From assembly GCA_032718475.1 (NCBI GenBank), contig JAUCBJ010008430.1, forward strand, positions 1-64,000: DNA of 64,000 nucleotides, read 5' to 3'. The position numbers and the translations under genes were made by a program. This stretch comes from Nemertoderma westbladi (taxonomy: Eukaryota > Animalia > Xenacoelomorpha). The notes beneath the pieces were generated by a model. That model searched no databases, was not told the origin of the DNA, and worked only from the letters and a program-made list of their open reading frames with translations. Shown here in pieces: positions 26,052 to 39,700 of the stretch (positions are counted from its first letter, which is position 1; each line of letters starts with the position of its first letter).

Positions 26052-26636
26052 ACCCCATTCAGATAGTTTTGCGCGGGAGGTTTGAACTTTGAGTCGATTA
26101 TCTCTGAATGACATTTTTCGCACGAAAAAATACTACTCCTCCGCCATTTCTTAACCGTTTTTTGCAATTTGTTTTGCTTTATATGAAAGGTGTTAATTTT
26201 ATATTACTTCCCCATTTTTCGAATGAAAGTTACAAAAAACATTTGTTATTTTCAGTTTTTAAAAAAATTTGAATTTTTTTTTACAAAATTGGCAATTATC
26301 ATAAATAGAAAACGAAAATACAAAAAGTGCGTGAAAAATGTGATGAAAATGAACATGCTGGTTCCAAAAAATGTGGTATCGGAAAATAAAAATGGGAAAT
26401 AAAGGAGGTGTTAGGAAATAAATAGGGAAATAAAGGAGGAAGTAGTCGATAACCATATTACTACTTATTACTTTAAACACTTTAAAAACATTCTATGGGA
26501 AACTGTCCCGGCGGGATGAAGTTATGTAATTTTATTTTACAAATAAAAGTACAAAATAAATTGTAGGACTCAGATGTGAATGTTGAGTTCAACGTGTATC
26601 CGTGCGCCACCTACCGTCTGTTTTATAACATTGCAG

Positions 26637-26898
26637 ATTCCGAATGGCGGCAATGCCTACGAAAATAGCCTCCCTTGGAGCCGACATCCGTCTGTGTCCC
26701 AGGGTTATCTACCGGCTGTTCATCGACTCCGAGATATTGTGCAACGAGCACCGCCCACTGCAGCGGTACCTCGCGATGTGGTACGGGGATATGGCGCAGA
26801 AGTGGCGACTCATATACCGGGGGTCCAGGGACGGGTTCACTGGAGCCGCATTCCATCAGCTGGTAGACGGTTACGGGCCCACCTTCACTATAGTCTGT
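26637..26898 (+). CDS. BTB/BACK-TLDc protein, exon (TLDc N-terminal part)
   Basis: ttgcag|...WRLIYRGSRDGFTGAAFHQLVDGYGPTFTIVC|gtaagt, a TLDc signature. Confidence 0.92.
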
Positions 26899-29800
26899 GT
26901 AAGTTTGTACCACCTTCTCTATAGTCTGTGTAAGTTTGTACCACCTTCTCTATAGTCTGTGTAAGTTTGTACCACCATCACTATTAATAGTCTGAGTGAC
27001 TTTGTTTGTACCACATTCACTATGTGTAAGTTTGTTTGTACCACATTCACTATAGTCTGTGTAAGTTTGTTTGTACCACATTCACTATAGTCTGTGTAAG
27101 TTTGTACCACCTTCACTATATAGTCTGTGTAAGTTTTTACCACATTCACTATAGTATGTGTAAGTTTGTACCACATTCCCTATAGTCAGTGTAAGTTTGT
27201 ACCACATTCACTATAGTTTGTGTAAGTTTGTACCCCATTCACTATAGTCTGTGTAACTTTGTAGTAGTGTTGTACCACATTCACTATAGTCTGTGTAAGT
27301 TTATACCATCTTCACTATAGTCTGTGTAAGTTTTTACCACATTCACTATAGTCTGTGTAAGTTTGTACCATCTTCACTATAGTCTGTGTAAGTTTGTACC
27401 ACATTCACTATGTGTAAGTTTGTTTGTACCACATTCACTATAGTCTGTGTAAGTTTTTACCACATTCACTATAGTATGTGTAAGTTTGTTTGTACCACAT
27501 TCACTATAGTCTGTGTAAGTTTGTACCACCTTCACTATTGTATGTGTAAGTTTGTACCACATTCACTATAGTTTGTGTAAGTTTGTACCACATTCACTAT
27601 AGTCTGTGTAAGTTTGTTTGTACCACATTCACTATAGTCTGTGTAAGTTTGTACCACCTTCACTATATTGTCTGTATAAGTTTTTACCACATTCACTATA
27701 GTATGTGTAAGTTTGTACCACATTCACTATAGTTTGTGTAAGTTTGTACCACATTCACTATAGTCTGTGTAAGTTTGTTTGTACCACATTCACTATAGTC
27801 TGTGTAAGTTTGTACCACCTTCACTATTGTATGTGTAAGTTTGTACCACATTCACTATAGTTTGTGTAAGTTTGTACCACATTCACTATAGTCTGTGTAA
27901 GTTTGTTTGTACCACATTCACTATAGTCTGTGTAAGTTTGTACCACCTTCACTATATTGTCTGTGTAAGTTTGTAGCACATTCACTATAGTCTGTGTAAG
28001 TTTGTACCACATTCACTATAGTTTGTGTAAGTTTGTACCACATTCACTATAGTCTGTGTAAGTTTGTTTGTACCACATTCACTATAGTCTGTGTAAGTTT
28101 GTACCACCTTCACTATATTGTCTGTGTAAGTTTTTACCACATTCACTATAGTATGTGTAAGTTTGTACCACATTCACTATAGTATGTGCGAATTGTTTTG
28201 TACCACATTCACTATAGTTTGTGTAAGTTTGTACCACATTCACTATAGTCTGTGTAAGTTTGTTTGTACCACATTCACTATAGTTTGTGTAAGTTTGTAC
28301 CACATTCACTATAGTCTGTGTAAGTTTGTTTGTACCACATTCACTATAGTCTGTGTAAGTTTGTACCACCTTCACTATATTGTCTGTGTAAGTTTTTACC
28401 ACATTCACTATAGTATGTGTAAATTTGTACCACATTCCTTATAGTCAGTGTAAGTTTGTACCACATTCACAATAGTATGTGTAAGTTTGTATTGTACCAC
28501 ATTCACTATAGTCTGTGTAAGTTTGTACCACATTCACTATAGTATGTGTAAGTTTGTACCACATTCACTATAGTATGTGCGAATTGTTTTGTACCACATT
28601 CACTCTGTGTAAGTTTGTACCACATTCACTATAGTCTTTGTAAGTTTGTAGTGTTGTACCACATTCACTATAGTATGTGTAAGTTTGTATTGTACCACAT
28701 TCACTATAGTCTGTGTAAGTTTGTATTGTACCACATTCACTATAGTATGTGTAAGTTTGTACCACATTCACTATAGTATGTGTAAGTTTGTACCACATTC
28801 ACTATAGTATGTGTAAGTTTGTACCACATTCACTATTGTATGTGTAAGTTTGTACCACATTCACTATAGTATGTGCGAATTGTTTTGTACCACATTCACT
28901 CTGTGTAAGTTTGTACCACATTCACTATAGTCTTTGTAAGTTTGTAGTGTTGTACCACATTCACTATAGTATGTGTAAGTTTGTACCACATTCACTATAG
29001 TCTTTGTAAGTTTGTAGTGTTGTACCACATTCACTATAGTCTGTGTAAGTTTGTACCACATTCACTATAGTATGTGTAAGTTAGTATTGTACCACATCCA
29101 CTCTAGTATGTGTAAGTTTGTACCACATTCACTATATAGTATGTGTAAGTTTGTATTGTACCACATCCACTATAGTATGTGTAAGTTTGTACCACATTCA
29201 CTATATAGTATGTGTAAGTTTGTATTGTACCACATTCACTATAGTCTGTGTAAGTTTGTATTGTACCACATTCACTATAGTCTGTGTAAGTTTGTATTGT
29301 ACCACATTCACTATAGTATGTGTAAGTTTGTATTGTACCACATTCACTATAGTCTGTGTAAGTTTGTATTGTACCACATTCACTATAGTATGTGTAAGTT
29401 TGTACCACATTCACTATAGTATGTGTAAGTTTGTACCACATTCACTATAGTATGTGTAAGTTTGTACCACATTCACTATTGTATGTGTAAGTTTGTACCA
29501 CATTCACTATAGTATGTGCGAATTGTTTTGTACCACATTCACTCTGTGTAAGTTTGTACCACATTCACTATAGTCTTTGTAAGTTTGTAGTGTTGTACCA
29601 CATTCACTATAGTATGTGTAAGTTTGTACCACATTCACTATAGTCTTTGTAAGTTTGTAGTGTTGTACCACATTCACTATAGTCTGTGTAAGTTTGTAGC
29701 ACATTCACTATAGTCTGTGTAAGTTTGTACCACATTCACTATAGTATGTGTAAGTTAGTATTGTACCACATCCACTCTAGTATGTGTAAGTTTGTACCAC

Positions 29801-31663
29801 ATTCACTATATAGTATGTGTAAGTTTGTATTGTACCACATCCACTATAGTATGTGTAAGTTTGTACCACATTCACTATATAGTATGTGTAAGTTTGTATT
29901 GTACCACATTCACTATAGTCTGTGTAAGTTTGTATTGTACCACATTCACTATAGTCTGTGTAAGTTTGTATTGTACCACATTCACTATAGTATGTGTAAG
30001 TTTGTATTGTACCACATTCACTATAGTCTGTGTAAGTTTGTACCACATTCACTATAGTCTGTGTAAGTTTGTACCACATTCACTATAGTCTGTGTAAGTT
30101 TGTAGCACATTCACTATACTCTGTGTAAGTTTGTACCACCTTCACTTTAGTCTGTGTAAGTTTGTACCACATTCACAATAGTATGTGTAAGTTTGTACCA
30201 CATTCACTAAAGTCTGTGTAAGTTTGTAGAGTTGTACCACATTCACTATAGTCTGTGTAAGTTTGTGCCACATTCACTATAGTATGTGTAAGTTTGTATT
30301 GTACCACATTCACTATAATATGTGTAAGTTTGTATTGTACAACATTCACTAGTCTGTGTAAGTTTGTGCCACATTCACTATAATCTGTGTAAGTTTGTAC
30401 CCCATTCACTATTAGTCGTGTAAGTTTGTACCACATTCACTCTGTGTAAGTTTGTACCACATTCACTATTAGTCGTGTAAGTTTGTATTGTACCACATTC
30501 ACTATAGTCTGTGTAAGTTTGTGCCACATTCACTATAGTATGTGTAAGTTTGTACCACATTCACTATTAGCCTGTGTAAGTTTGTGCCACATTCACTATA
30601 GTATGTGTAAGTTTGTACCACATTCACTATAGTCTGTGTAAGTTTGTACCACATTCACTATAGTCTGTGTAAGTTTGTACCCCATTCACTATTAGTCTTT
30701 GTAAGTTTGTACCCCATTCACTATAGTATGTGTAAGTTTGTACCACATTCACTATGTGTAAGTTTGTATTGTACCACATTCACTATAGTCTGTGTAAGTT
30801 TGTATTGTACCACATCCACTATAGTCTGTGTAAGTTTGTGCCACATTCACTATAGTCTGTGTAAGTTTGTGCCACATTCACTGTAAGTTTGTACCACATT
30901 CACTATAGTATGTGTAAGTTTGTACCCCATTCACTATTAGCCTGTGTAAGTTTGTTCCACATTCACTATAGTCTGTGTAAGTTTGTATTGTACCACATCC
31001 ACTATAGTATGTGTAAGTTTGTACCACATTCACTATAGTATGTGCGAATTTTTTTGTACCACATTCACTCTGTGTAAGTTTGTACCACATTCACTATTGT
31101 ATGTGTACGTTTGTACCACATTCACTTAGTCTGTGTAAGTTTGTAGCACATTCACTATAGTCTGTGTAAGTTTGTACCACCTTCACTATAGTTTGTGTAA
31201 GTTTGTATTGTACCACATCCACTATAGTATGTGTAAGTTTGTACCACATTCACTATTGTATGTGTAAGTTTATACCCCATTCACTATTAGTCTTTGTAAG
31301 TTTGTACCCCATTCACTATTGTCTGTGTAAGTTTGTATTACCTTCACTATAGTCTGTGTAAGTTTGTACCACATTTACTATAGTCTGTGTAAGTTTGTAC
31401 CACATTCACTATAGTCTGTGTAAGTTTGTACCCCATTCACTATTGTCTGTGTAAGTTTGTATTACCTTCACTATAGTCTGTGTAAGTTTGTACCACATTC
31501 ACTATAGTATGTGTAAGTTTGTACCACATTCACTATAGTCTGTGTAAGTTTGTATTACCTTCACTATAGTCTGTGTAAGTTTGTAGTACCTTCACTATAG
31601 TCTGTGTAAGTTCATCCTACCTTCACTTTAGCCTGTGTAAGTTTGTACCATCTTCACTATAGT
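26879..31663 (+). repeat. Splice-donor minisatellite 1, ~31-bp unit, ~150 copies
   Basis: Unit CCACATTCACTATAGTCTGT|GTAAGTTTGTA equals the last 20 exon nt plus the first 11 intron nt. Confidence 0.95.
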
Positions 31664-31762
31664 TGAGTGACTATGCTCTGCCAATAACCTGATTGTCTTT
31701 CCGGTACCGGGGTAATTGTTATTTTAGGTAGTGGTATAATAATTGTTGCCTTATATTTACAG

Positions 31763-31971
31763 ACTACATCCCGTTGTATATTTGGCGGGTTTACTGACGC
31801 ACAGTGGGATGCGGTCCAATCGTATCCGCAGGGAAAGAAGAATCCAAAGAATGAAGGCAAATACTCCACTTCCACCCAATCATTCCTCTTCTCTTTGATA
31901 AATAAAGAAGATATACGGCCAATCAGATTCCCGATCCAACAGCCAGAGTTCGCTATATGCAGTCATCCTCT
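31763..31971 (+). CDS. BTB/BACK-TLDc protein, exon
   Basis: tacag|TTSRCIFGGFTDAQW...SFLFSLIN...FAICSHP|gtaagt; phases are consistent. Confidence 0.92.
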
Positions 31972-33146
31972 GTAAGTACAGTTTGTTATGCAGTCATCCT
32001 ATGTAAATACAGTTCGTTATTCAGTCATCCTCTGTAAGTACAGTTCGTTATGCAGTCATCCTCTGTACGTACAGTTCGTTATGCAGTCAACCTCTGTAAC
32101 TACAGTTCGTTATGCAGTCATCCTCTGTACGTACAGTTCGTTATGCACTCATCCTCTGTAACTTCAGTTTGTTATGCAGTCATCCTCTGTAAGTACAGTT
32201 TGTTATGCAGTCATCCTCTGTAACTACAGTTCGTTATGCAGTCATCCTCTGTAAGTACAGTTCGTTATGCAGTCATCCTCTGTACGTACAGTTCGTTATG
32301 CAGTCAACCTCTGTAACTACAGTTCGTTATGCAGTCATCCTCTGTACGTACAGTTCGTTATGCAGTCATCCTCTGTAACTTCAGTTTGTTATGCAGTCAT
32401 CCTCTGTAACTACAGTTCGTTATGCAGTCATCCTCTGTACCTACAGTTCGTTATGCAGTCATCATCTGTACGTATAGTTCGTTATGCAGTCATCCTCTGT
32501 AACTAAAGTTCGTTATGCAGTCATCCTCTGTACGTACAGTTCGTTATGCAGTCAACCTCTGTAACTACAGTTCGTTATGCAGTCATCATATGTAAATACA
32601 GTTCGTTATGCAGTCATCCTATGTAAATACAGTTCGTTATGCAGTCATCCTCTGTACGTACAGTTCGTTATGCAGTCATCCTCTGTAACTACAGTTCGTT
32701 ATGCAGTCATCCTCTGTAACTACAGTTCGTTATGCAGTCATCCTCTGTACGTACAGTTCGTTATGCAGTCATCCTCTGTAACTAAAGTTCGTTATGCAGT
32801 CATCCTCTGTACGTACAGTTCGTTATGCAGTCAACCTCTGTAACTACAGTTCGTTATGCAGTCATCCTCTGTACGTACAGTTCGTTATGCAGTCAACCTC
32901 TGTAACTACAGTTCGTTATGCAGTCATCATATGTAAATACAGTTCGTTATGCAGTCATCCTATGTAAATACAGTTCGTTATGCAGTCATCCTCTGTAACT
33001 ACAGTTCGTTATGCAGTCATCCTCTGTACGTACAGTTCGTTATGCAGCCATCCTCTGTAAGTACAGTTCGTTATGCAGTCATCCTCTGTAAGTGCAGTTC
33101 GTTATGCAGTCATCCTCTGTAAGTGCAGTTCGTTATGCAATCACCC
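31948..33146 (+). repeat. Splice-donor minisatellite 2, 31-bp unit, ~38 copies
   Basis: Unit GTTCGTTATGCAGTCATCCTCT|GTAAGTACA is derived from the exon end plus donor. Confidence 0.95.
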
Positions 33147-33175
33147 CTCCACTGCACAAATAACTTTCGTTCCAG

Positions 33176-33395
33176 ATTTGGTCCGGTGTTTGGTGCCGGT
33201 CCCGACCTACTAATTGGTAACAACTGCAACTCTCTGACTTCGAGTAAATCCGTGTTTCCCCACTCGTACAACGCTAGGGATACCCCGGCGAACATCTTGG
33301 CTGGGGGACCGACCTTCGCTGTCTACGATATCGAGGTGTTTACCATTGCTGGTGGGGTGGGAGGCGGAGTGGCGGTGGGGCAGGATTCCGGGTGA
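33176..33395 (+). CDS. BTB/BACK-TLDc protein, last coding exon
   Basis: tccag|FGPVFGAGPDLLI...LAGGPTFAVYDIEVF...stop, the TLDc C-terminal motifs. AATAAA at 33736. Confidence 0.92.
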
Positions 33396-33833
33396 ACCAA
33401 AGACGGAAGAATTCATCCGTTCGTATACAACTTAATCCAAAACGGAGACGAGACAACCAGTTCATCGTTGTCATTTAATTATATTTCTTTGTTGATACTG
33501 TAAATTATTAATTTATAAGTACTACTATACTAAATACTGTAATTGACTAATTGACAGCGATTTAAGATTTTAGTTAGTTTTTCGTCTGGTAGATATTCAA
33601 CAGATTTATTTTAGTGATTAATAACTACATCTCGTGCTTTATTGTAGATTATTTCACTTTTGGAATTTCATTGAAATCTAATCTACACATAAACCTGTAC
33701 ATTATTTATACCATAAAGTAATTTTCCATCTGTGCAATAAACATTTAAATGATAATTTTTGATTAATACTATTTTGAAAACTGTAATTCCTATTTTACTA
33801 TAAGTAAAGGTGAAGGTCGACACCCACAAACAA

Positions 33834-35737
33834 TAACTATTTACATCATTTTGTGCAAAGTAGCACTTTTCAGCGTTTCGACCCGAGTTTATAATTAAAT
33901 TAATTTAAATTAATTTAATTAAATTATAAATTCATAATTTTGTGCAAAGTAGCACCTTGCAGCGTTATGAGATTATTTATGTACCGAGCGAGCGCAGCGA
34001 GGGAGGTTTACATAAATAAACAAGGTCTTTAACGCTGAAAACTGACCTTTGCAACCAATGATGTATGTAATTTTGGTACTTTATGTCAACTTATCAGCGT
34101 TCGGTATGTGAAGAAAATATTTTACAGTATAGATACTCATTTATACATTTTAATCTGTACTATATCGAATATAAGTTAAATTTATTAACAGGTACACAGT
34201 ATTAATTATACATTTAAATCTAATTAAAGTTTATTGGAAGTTATCTCCTGCTTGGATGTGATAAATCATTAATCCATCTTGTCTATAGTCGACTGAAGCA
34301 AAGTTAGTCACCGTCTGTGTCCGTTCAGTTTTACTGAACACTGTCGCCATTTGCTTTCTATGTGATAATTGAATGATTGAATGTACCGCCATACTGACTA
34401 ACAGGGGGTTGTGATGTATATATTAACTTTAAGGTAAACACTAGAGTCTTACACCCTTTAACTACAAAAAAATATAGAATCAGGACATTAAGCCCAAAAT
34501 ACCTTCCAGACCCTAAGGCCATCAAGGAACACAAAACAAAACAAACAAAAAACACAAACAAAAGTATAGTATCAGGACATTAAGCCCAAAATACCTTCCA
34601 GACCCTAAGGCCATCAAGGAACACAAAACAAAACAAACAAAAAACACAAACAAAAGTATAGTATCAGGACATTAAGCCCAAAATACCTTCCAGACCCTAA
34701 GGCCATCAAGGAACACAAAACAAACAAAAAACACAAACAAAATATATATCGCAACTCTAACCCTAAAACCTAACCGCCATACACTAAATGATACCGGTAT
34801 TAAACTGCACAAAAGCTAAGCCTATATTCTATAAGAAAATATATGACATTTTTGTCGCCGTGAAAGAGGTAGGACTAAGACAAAAATAATTAATTTGTTA
34901 AAAATATGGTTGCGTTTCGGCGTCTAGGACCAGTACGCGCTAATCCTCGACACCTCATCAGCTGGACAGGGAATTAGCCAAGCCTAACTATATTGCACCA
35001 TTGACCTAAATTAATCGCACCATCAACTCAGTTACCACTCAGCCCAAACAGACTTCAGACCTCAGAACATTGGAACCCTATAGGCCTTCGGTAAGTAAAC
35101 ATGTTACCAATGGAAAACTGGTAGTTTGCTAGAGCAAACACACAGCACAAAAATTATATAAGATTTAACAACATGCAGTGATGCCGGAGTTCTGCTCTAT
35201 CCCAGTAAAAATTTGGGATATTCATATGTGATAATTGAATGTACCGCCATACTGACTAACAGGGGGTTGTGATGTATATATTAACTTTAAGGTAAACACT
35301 AGAGTCTTACACCCTTTAACTACAAAAAAATATAGAATCAGGACATTAAGCCCAAAATACCTTCCAGACCCTAAGGCCATCAAGGAACACAAAACAAAAC
35401 AAACAAAAAACACAAACAAAAGTATAGTATCAGGACATTAAGTGTCGTCATTTAGTGTCTTCTATTGCACGTTTCGCCATAATGGATTACAGTACACGTT
35501 AAACAATTATTTACATACAGTAGCTAGACCCGTCACTGCAAAGTGGATAATAAAGCAGCACTCATTAACATAAATGGAAATAATACTTTCTGGAATACGG
35601 TAATTGAAGTTGTTTCAATGTCATTGATTACTTTGCAGCGTTCCGTCCTATAGGCCGCAACGCTGCAAAGTAGTACTTTGCAGCGTTACGAGTAATTCAC
35701 CAGAACGCTGTTAAGTTGACATAATGTAACAAAAATA
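33834..35737 (+). mobile_element. Non-autonomous DNA element (terminus TAACTATTTACATC), interrupted by an insertion
   Basis: An inverted homologous copy at 57011-57555 lacks segment 34359-35443. Confidence 0.7.
34359..35443 (-). mobile_element. ~1.1-kb insertion with ~220-bp terminal direct repeats and a hammerhead-like core (Penelope/retrozyme-like?)
   Basis: 34359-34580 is repeated at ~35225-35443; there are internal 92-bp tandem copies and minus-strand CTGATGA-stem-GAAAC at 34961-34914. The empty site is seen in the 57-kb copy. Confidence 0.45.
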
Positions 35738-37122
35738 ATAAATTTATACGACATTCTAGCATTACAGTAAAGTTTACTGTAAAGTACAGATCTTCCAATC
35801 TCTTTGTTACAGTTTATATTGTTGCTCATTATGGTCAATTTTTCGAATAGAATGTCTGTCAGGATGAACTGATGAAGGTTTCATATAATATACTACTTTC
35901 CGTCTGCGGTTCAAATATTCTAGAACTGGTGATGCTGATACTTTGTTTGTACTCAATAGGGTGAATACATTTAAGTCAGTTCTGCTTGTTGGACTTAGAC
36001 ATCATTAGAATGTTATTCATACTGTATGCTCTTTACTCAAACGATTTATTTTTGAAATTCACAGACGCAACATGGATAAACATAACATAATCGGTGATAC
36101 TGGAAATGGTGTATTCCCAAATCCGCTACGATCTCAGCACTAGAGTTTCTTATAAACTGCTAGTCGCTGATTGGTCCTTGCTTCCAGATGAATTACGTTA
36201 CCGGTGTCGAGACTGTATGGGGTTTGTAAATCTGCTACCGGTAAACCCGGTAGGCCTACAGGTCGACCACCACTTACTTTCATTTTACATACAAATGTAG
36301 AAAAAATTCAGAAATTTTTTTTATTTCATCTACAGTCAGACAGTTATTTCATCTGCAGAAATTAATGAGGATTTCAAATCTGATAAAGGTTTATGTTATG
36401 CAAAAAGCCAATTGGGGTGTCGTTTCAGCTTTTTCATAGGGTTAATGTTAAATCAATATTGAAAAATTAGTGCCTAGAAGTAAAAATGTTACTGTAAACT
36501 GTTTTCCTAAATTTAGTATTTTATTTGGGTATTTAGAAAAGCCTCTGCCATTATAACCTGCTACTTTCCTTAAAGAGGTATCTTAAATGGTGAATATCGA
36601 AATTAAATATTCGCGCAATTAATTTAAAATGTTAAAATGGGCTGAAACTACACCCCAATTGGTAACATGCTGACTGTATACTTCCAAAAAATCGTTGCTG
36701 CTTTGTGACTAGATCAGCTGTTCGGAGTATCAACAAAATATTGTCCATCAACTAACAGCTTGCTACATTCAGACAGAAACAGAGAAAGGAGGTTAGGCAT
36801 AGCGGTATATGCTACCACCAGTGACCGGTATTATGACATACCCACATACGACTGCGATAGCCTACCTAAAAATGAGGTATAGCCTACTGATCACAGAATG
36901 ACACCAATACGGTAGGCCTATCTGCCTATGGTACACATTGCCATAAATCTGTGATTATATTAAAGCTAACCTGCTAACGGTACCGGTACCGTCCCTATAA
37001 CAGCAAGCATGCAGAATAAATTAACAAACAATGGGCTGAAAAATGAGTTCCCCTTTCTGACGTCGGGCAGAAAAGGGCATCGATTTCGAATTGACGTTTG
37101 ACGTGCATCATGGGAAACTGAA

Positions 37123-37178
37123 ATGGATATCAAGGAGCTTTTTATTAGCTGCCGAATCGGAGATTATGATAGAGCAAG
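37123..37178 (+). CDS. ABTB1: Ankyrin repeat and BTB domain protein 1, exon 1
   Basis: MDIKELFISCRIGDYDRAR|gtaagg resembles the recalled human N-terminus MDTSDLFASCRKGDVGRVR. Confidence 0.88.
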
Positions 37179-37365
37179 GTAAGGGTTGCTGGTATGACTG
37201 ATTATCAGTGTAGTACGGTAGTGCGTACGCGTACGGTAGTTGGGTAGCCTAGTTCAACATGGACCAGATTCCAGCTTTGCCAGACAAATTGGCCGGCCTA
37301 TGTAAATTTTGGAAGGCAGGTTACACTTTCCAGGAAAGCAGGAAAGTGAGTTGGGTGACCAAAAC

Positions 37366-38581
37366 ACGTGTGGCTAAGTCACACGAATAGTTCCCAAAAG
37401 GCACTTTGGCATTCTGACATTATTTCCAGGTACCTAAATAATTGCAACCAGCGTAAATGCCAAAATGCCAGAGTGGTTTTGGGGAACTGTAGTATAAATC
37501 CTTTAAGAGTTTCCTAAAGGCACTTTGGCATTCTGGCATTTAATTGTAAAACATTATTAGTGATTGTATTACTACATTATACAGTACTCAAAAGTGTCTG
37601 AGTGTGCATATGCTTACTATGCTACCTATATTACATTTCATTTCATTGAAATTACTCTTACATTTTATGGGGTTAGGTGCAATTTTGTTTACTTCACGTT
37701 CACGTGACGTAATAATAAAGGAATAAACATAATTTAAATGAATGGAGCAATATTGTATATAATACAAATGTATTATCAGATTATATCAACCGTATTGACA
37801 GTTTCATATTATAATCTGGAACGTTTTATAAAAACTTTTTTTATAAAAGATTTACATTAAATATGTATGACCTACAATTGCGCGGAGTAATTCATTTCAT
37901 ATTTAAGCATGTTCAATCAAACTAATACTAGGTAGTATGCTTTAATTTAATTTAATCATACACCCACCGAGATGGGGAACTAAACTAAATTTTGAGAGTC
38001 AGGGCAGGGAAGGGAAACGGAAAGGCGGGCTAGCTAATTAGCATAGCAGAGCTGGTAGACGCTAGTGCTATCCACCGTATTCCGCAGTGGGGGAGGCACT
38101 AATCAGACACAGACTCTCCCTGTCAATGAGATAGGGGGGGGGGGGGGGGGGGGGGAACTGAACGCAAATCCCATCTTGGCGAATTAATATCCTTATTCTG
38201 CAGTCAATACTGAGAATGAATATTAATACTATGTTGAACTACAATAACTAAGTAATACTTTATCAATATCAATTAAATATTATTGTATGTTATGGAGTCA
38301 AAAAAAGGTCCTACACACTTTAGACTTATACAGTAAAGCTGTAAAGTGTTCTTAAAAAAGGATAAAGTTCTTTAGGCCTACCCGGATCTCAGCGAATAGA
38401 CTAATGAATTTCAACTAAATGCCAGAATGCCACAGTGCCTTTGGGGAACTGTTAAGGAATCATACTACAGTTCCCCAAAAGCACTCTGGCATTTTGGCAT
38501 TTACGCTGGTTGCAATTATTTAGGTACCTGGAAAATGCCAAAGTGCCTTTTGGGAACTATTCGTGTGACTTAGCCACACGT
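37366..38581. mobile_element. Non-autonomous DNA transposon with ~190-bp TIRs (MULE/hAT-like MITE)
   Basis: ACGTGTGGCTAAGTCACACGAATAG... / ...CTATTCGTGTGACTTAGCCACACGT, with TSD ACCAAAAC(A) of 8-9 bp. Confidence 0.85.
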
Positions 38582-38896
38582 ACCAAAACAATAAACGAAA
38601 GTTAACACATGTTACAAGATTGTGTATTGTAGGCCTATAAATATATATCAGTCAGTAGGCCTATACAAGTCCCTAAAAGGTGCCACCCTGCTCCAAAGCG
38701 CGGGAAATTCAAATGATAGAAATACATGTAATTTGTACTGGAATCAGATCTGCCACCTATATTTTGGCGGTTAATTCAGTTGAATACTGGTACATGAATA
38801 GAGTAAGACTAATGCAGTAATGTAATTCATAGATTCAGAATAAATTATTTCTTATCGGTTTAACTCACTCACCGTTATTGTTGTTGTTTTATCTAT

Positions 38897-39070
38897 TCTG
38901 GGGCTTCGAGCAGCACGTGAACAACTAAGCTGACTGGTTAAGTCAGCTTAGTTGTTCACGTGCTGCTCGAAGTCCCAGACTAGTTAACCAGTCGGCTTAG
39001 TTGTTCACGTGCTGCTCGAAGTCCCAGACTAGTTAACCATTCAGCTTAGTTGTTCACGTGCTCCTCGAAG
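38897..39070. repeat. One inverted plus three direct copies of a ~44-49-bp unit
   Basis: CTTCGAGCAGCACGTGAACAACTAAGCTGACT followed by three reverse-complement copies. Confidence 0.85.
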
Positions 39071-39349
39071 AGGGGGTGTTATAATGCAGAACCGGTGTAA
39101 ACCGGTACCGCCAACGTTGACTTGAAGTGACAACTGAACCGATTCTTTTATAACTTTTTTTTCGAAATCTTCAGGACCTCGCACGGAATTTGTGGAGACT
39201 TCATATAAAAACACTGAAGTTTCAATTGGCCTAACCCATTGTTGTCGCAATGATTTGCATATAGTTATTGTACATTATTCTAGCACACGCACTGGTTGGC
39301 GCCTGGCGGTAGTTCATATACCTAAAACGTATTCATTGTGTGGTTTCAG

Positions 39350-39700
39350 GTATTTGGTAGAACAAAAGGAAGTGGAGATCGGGACGCGAGATGTGTGGGA
39401 CAGCACACCTTTGTACTACGCCTGTCTGTGCGGCCACACAACGATCGTGGAACTGTTACTTAGTAAAGGAGCGCGATGTGAAGCCAACACGTTCGACGGT
39501 GAGCGCTGTCTCTACGCCGCTCTCAACGATAAGATCCGGACTCTACTCCGCAACTACAAACAGCTGACTGGGTCGTGTATGCGACGCGACGGCTACGAGG
39601 AGTTCCTACGACGGTCCTTGGTCGACGGGAACTTTAGCGATGTCGTCTTCATTATCGATGGAATCGCGATTAAAGCCCATAAATGTATACTCTGTTCCAG
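39350..39700 (+). CDS. ABTB1: ABTB1 exon 2 (ankyrin repeats, start of BTB1)
   Basis: RDVWDSTPLYYACLCGH...GARCEANTFDGERCLY...SDVVF...AHKCILCSR|gt. Confidence 0.95.

Noticed and set aside
26879-33146. 31-bp repeats as a CRISPR array
   Set aside because: The repeats are head-to-tail with no unique spacers, there are no cas genes, and the context is a eukaryotic intron.
37060-37121. CRE-like TGACGT motifs and a 3-codon uORF before ABTB1
   Set aside because: Too short to support without TSS or conservation data.
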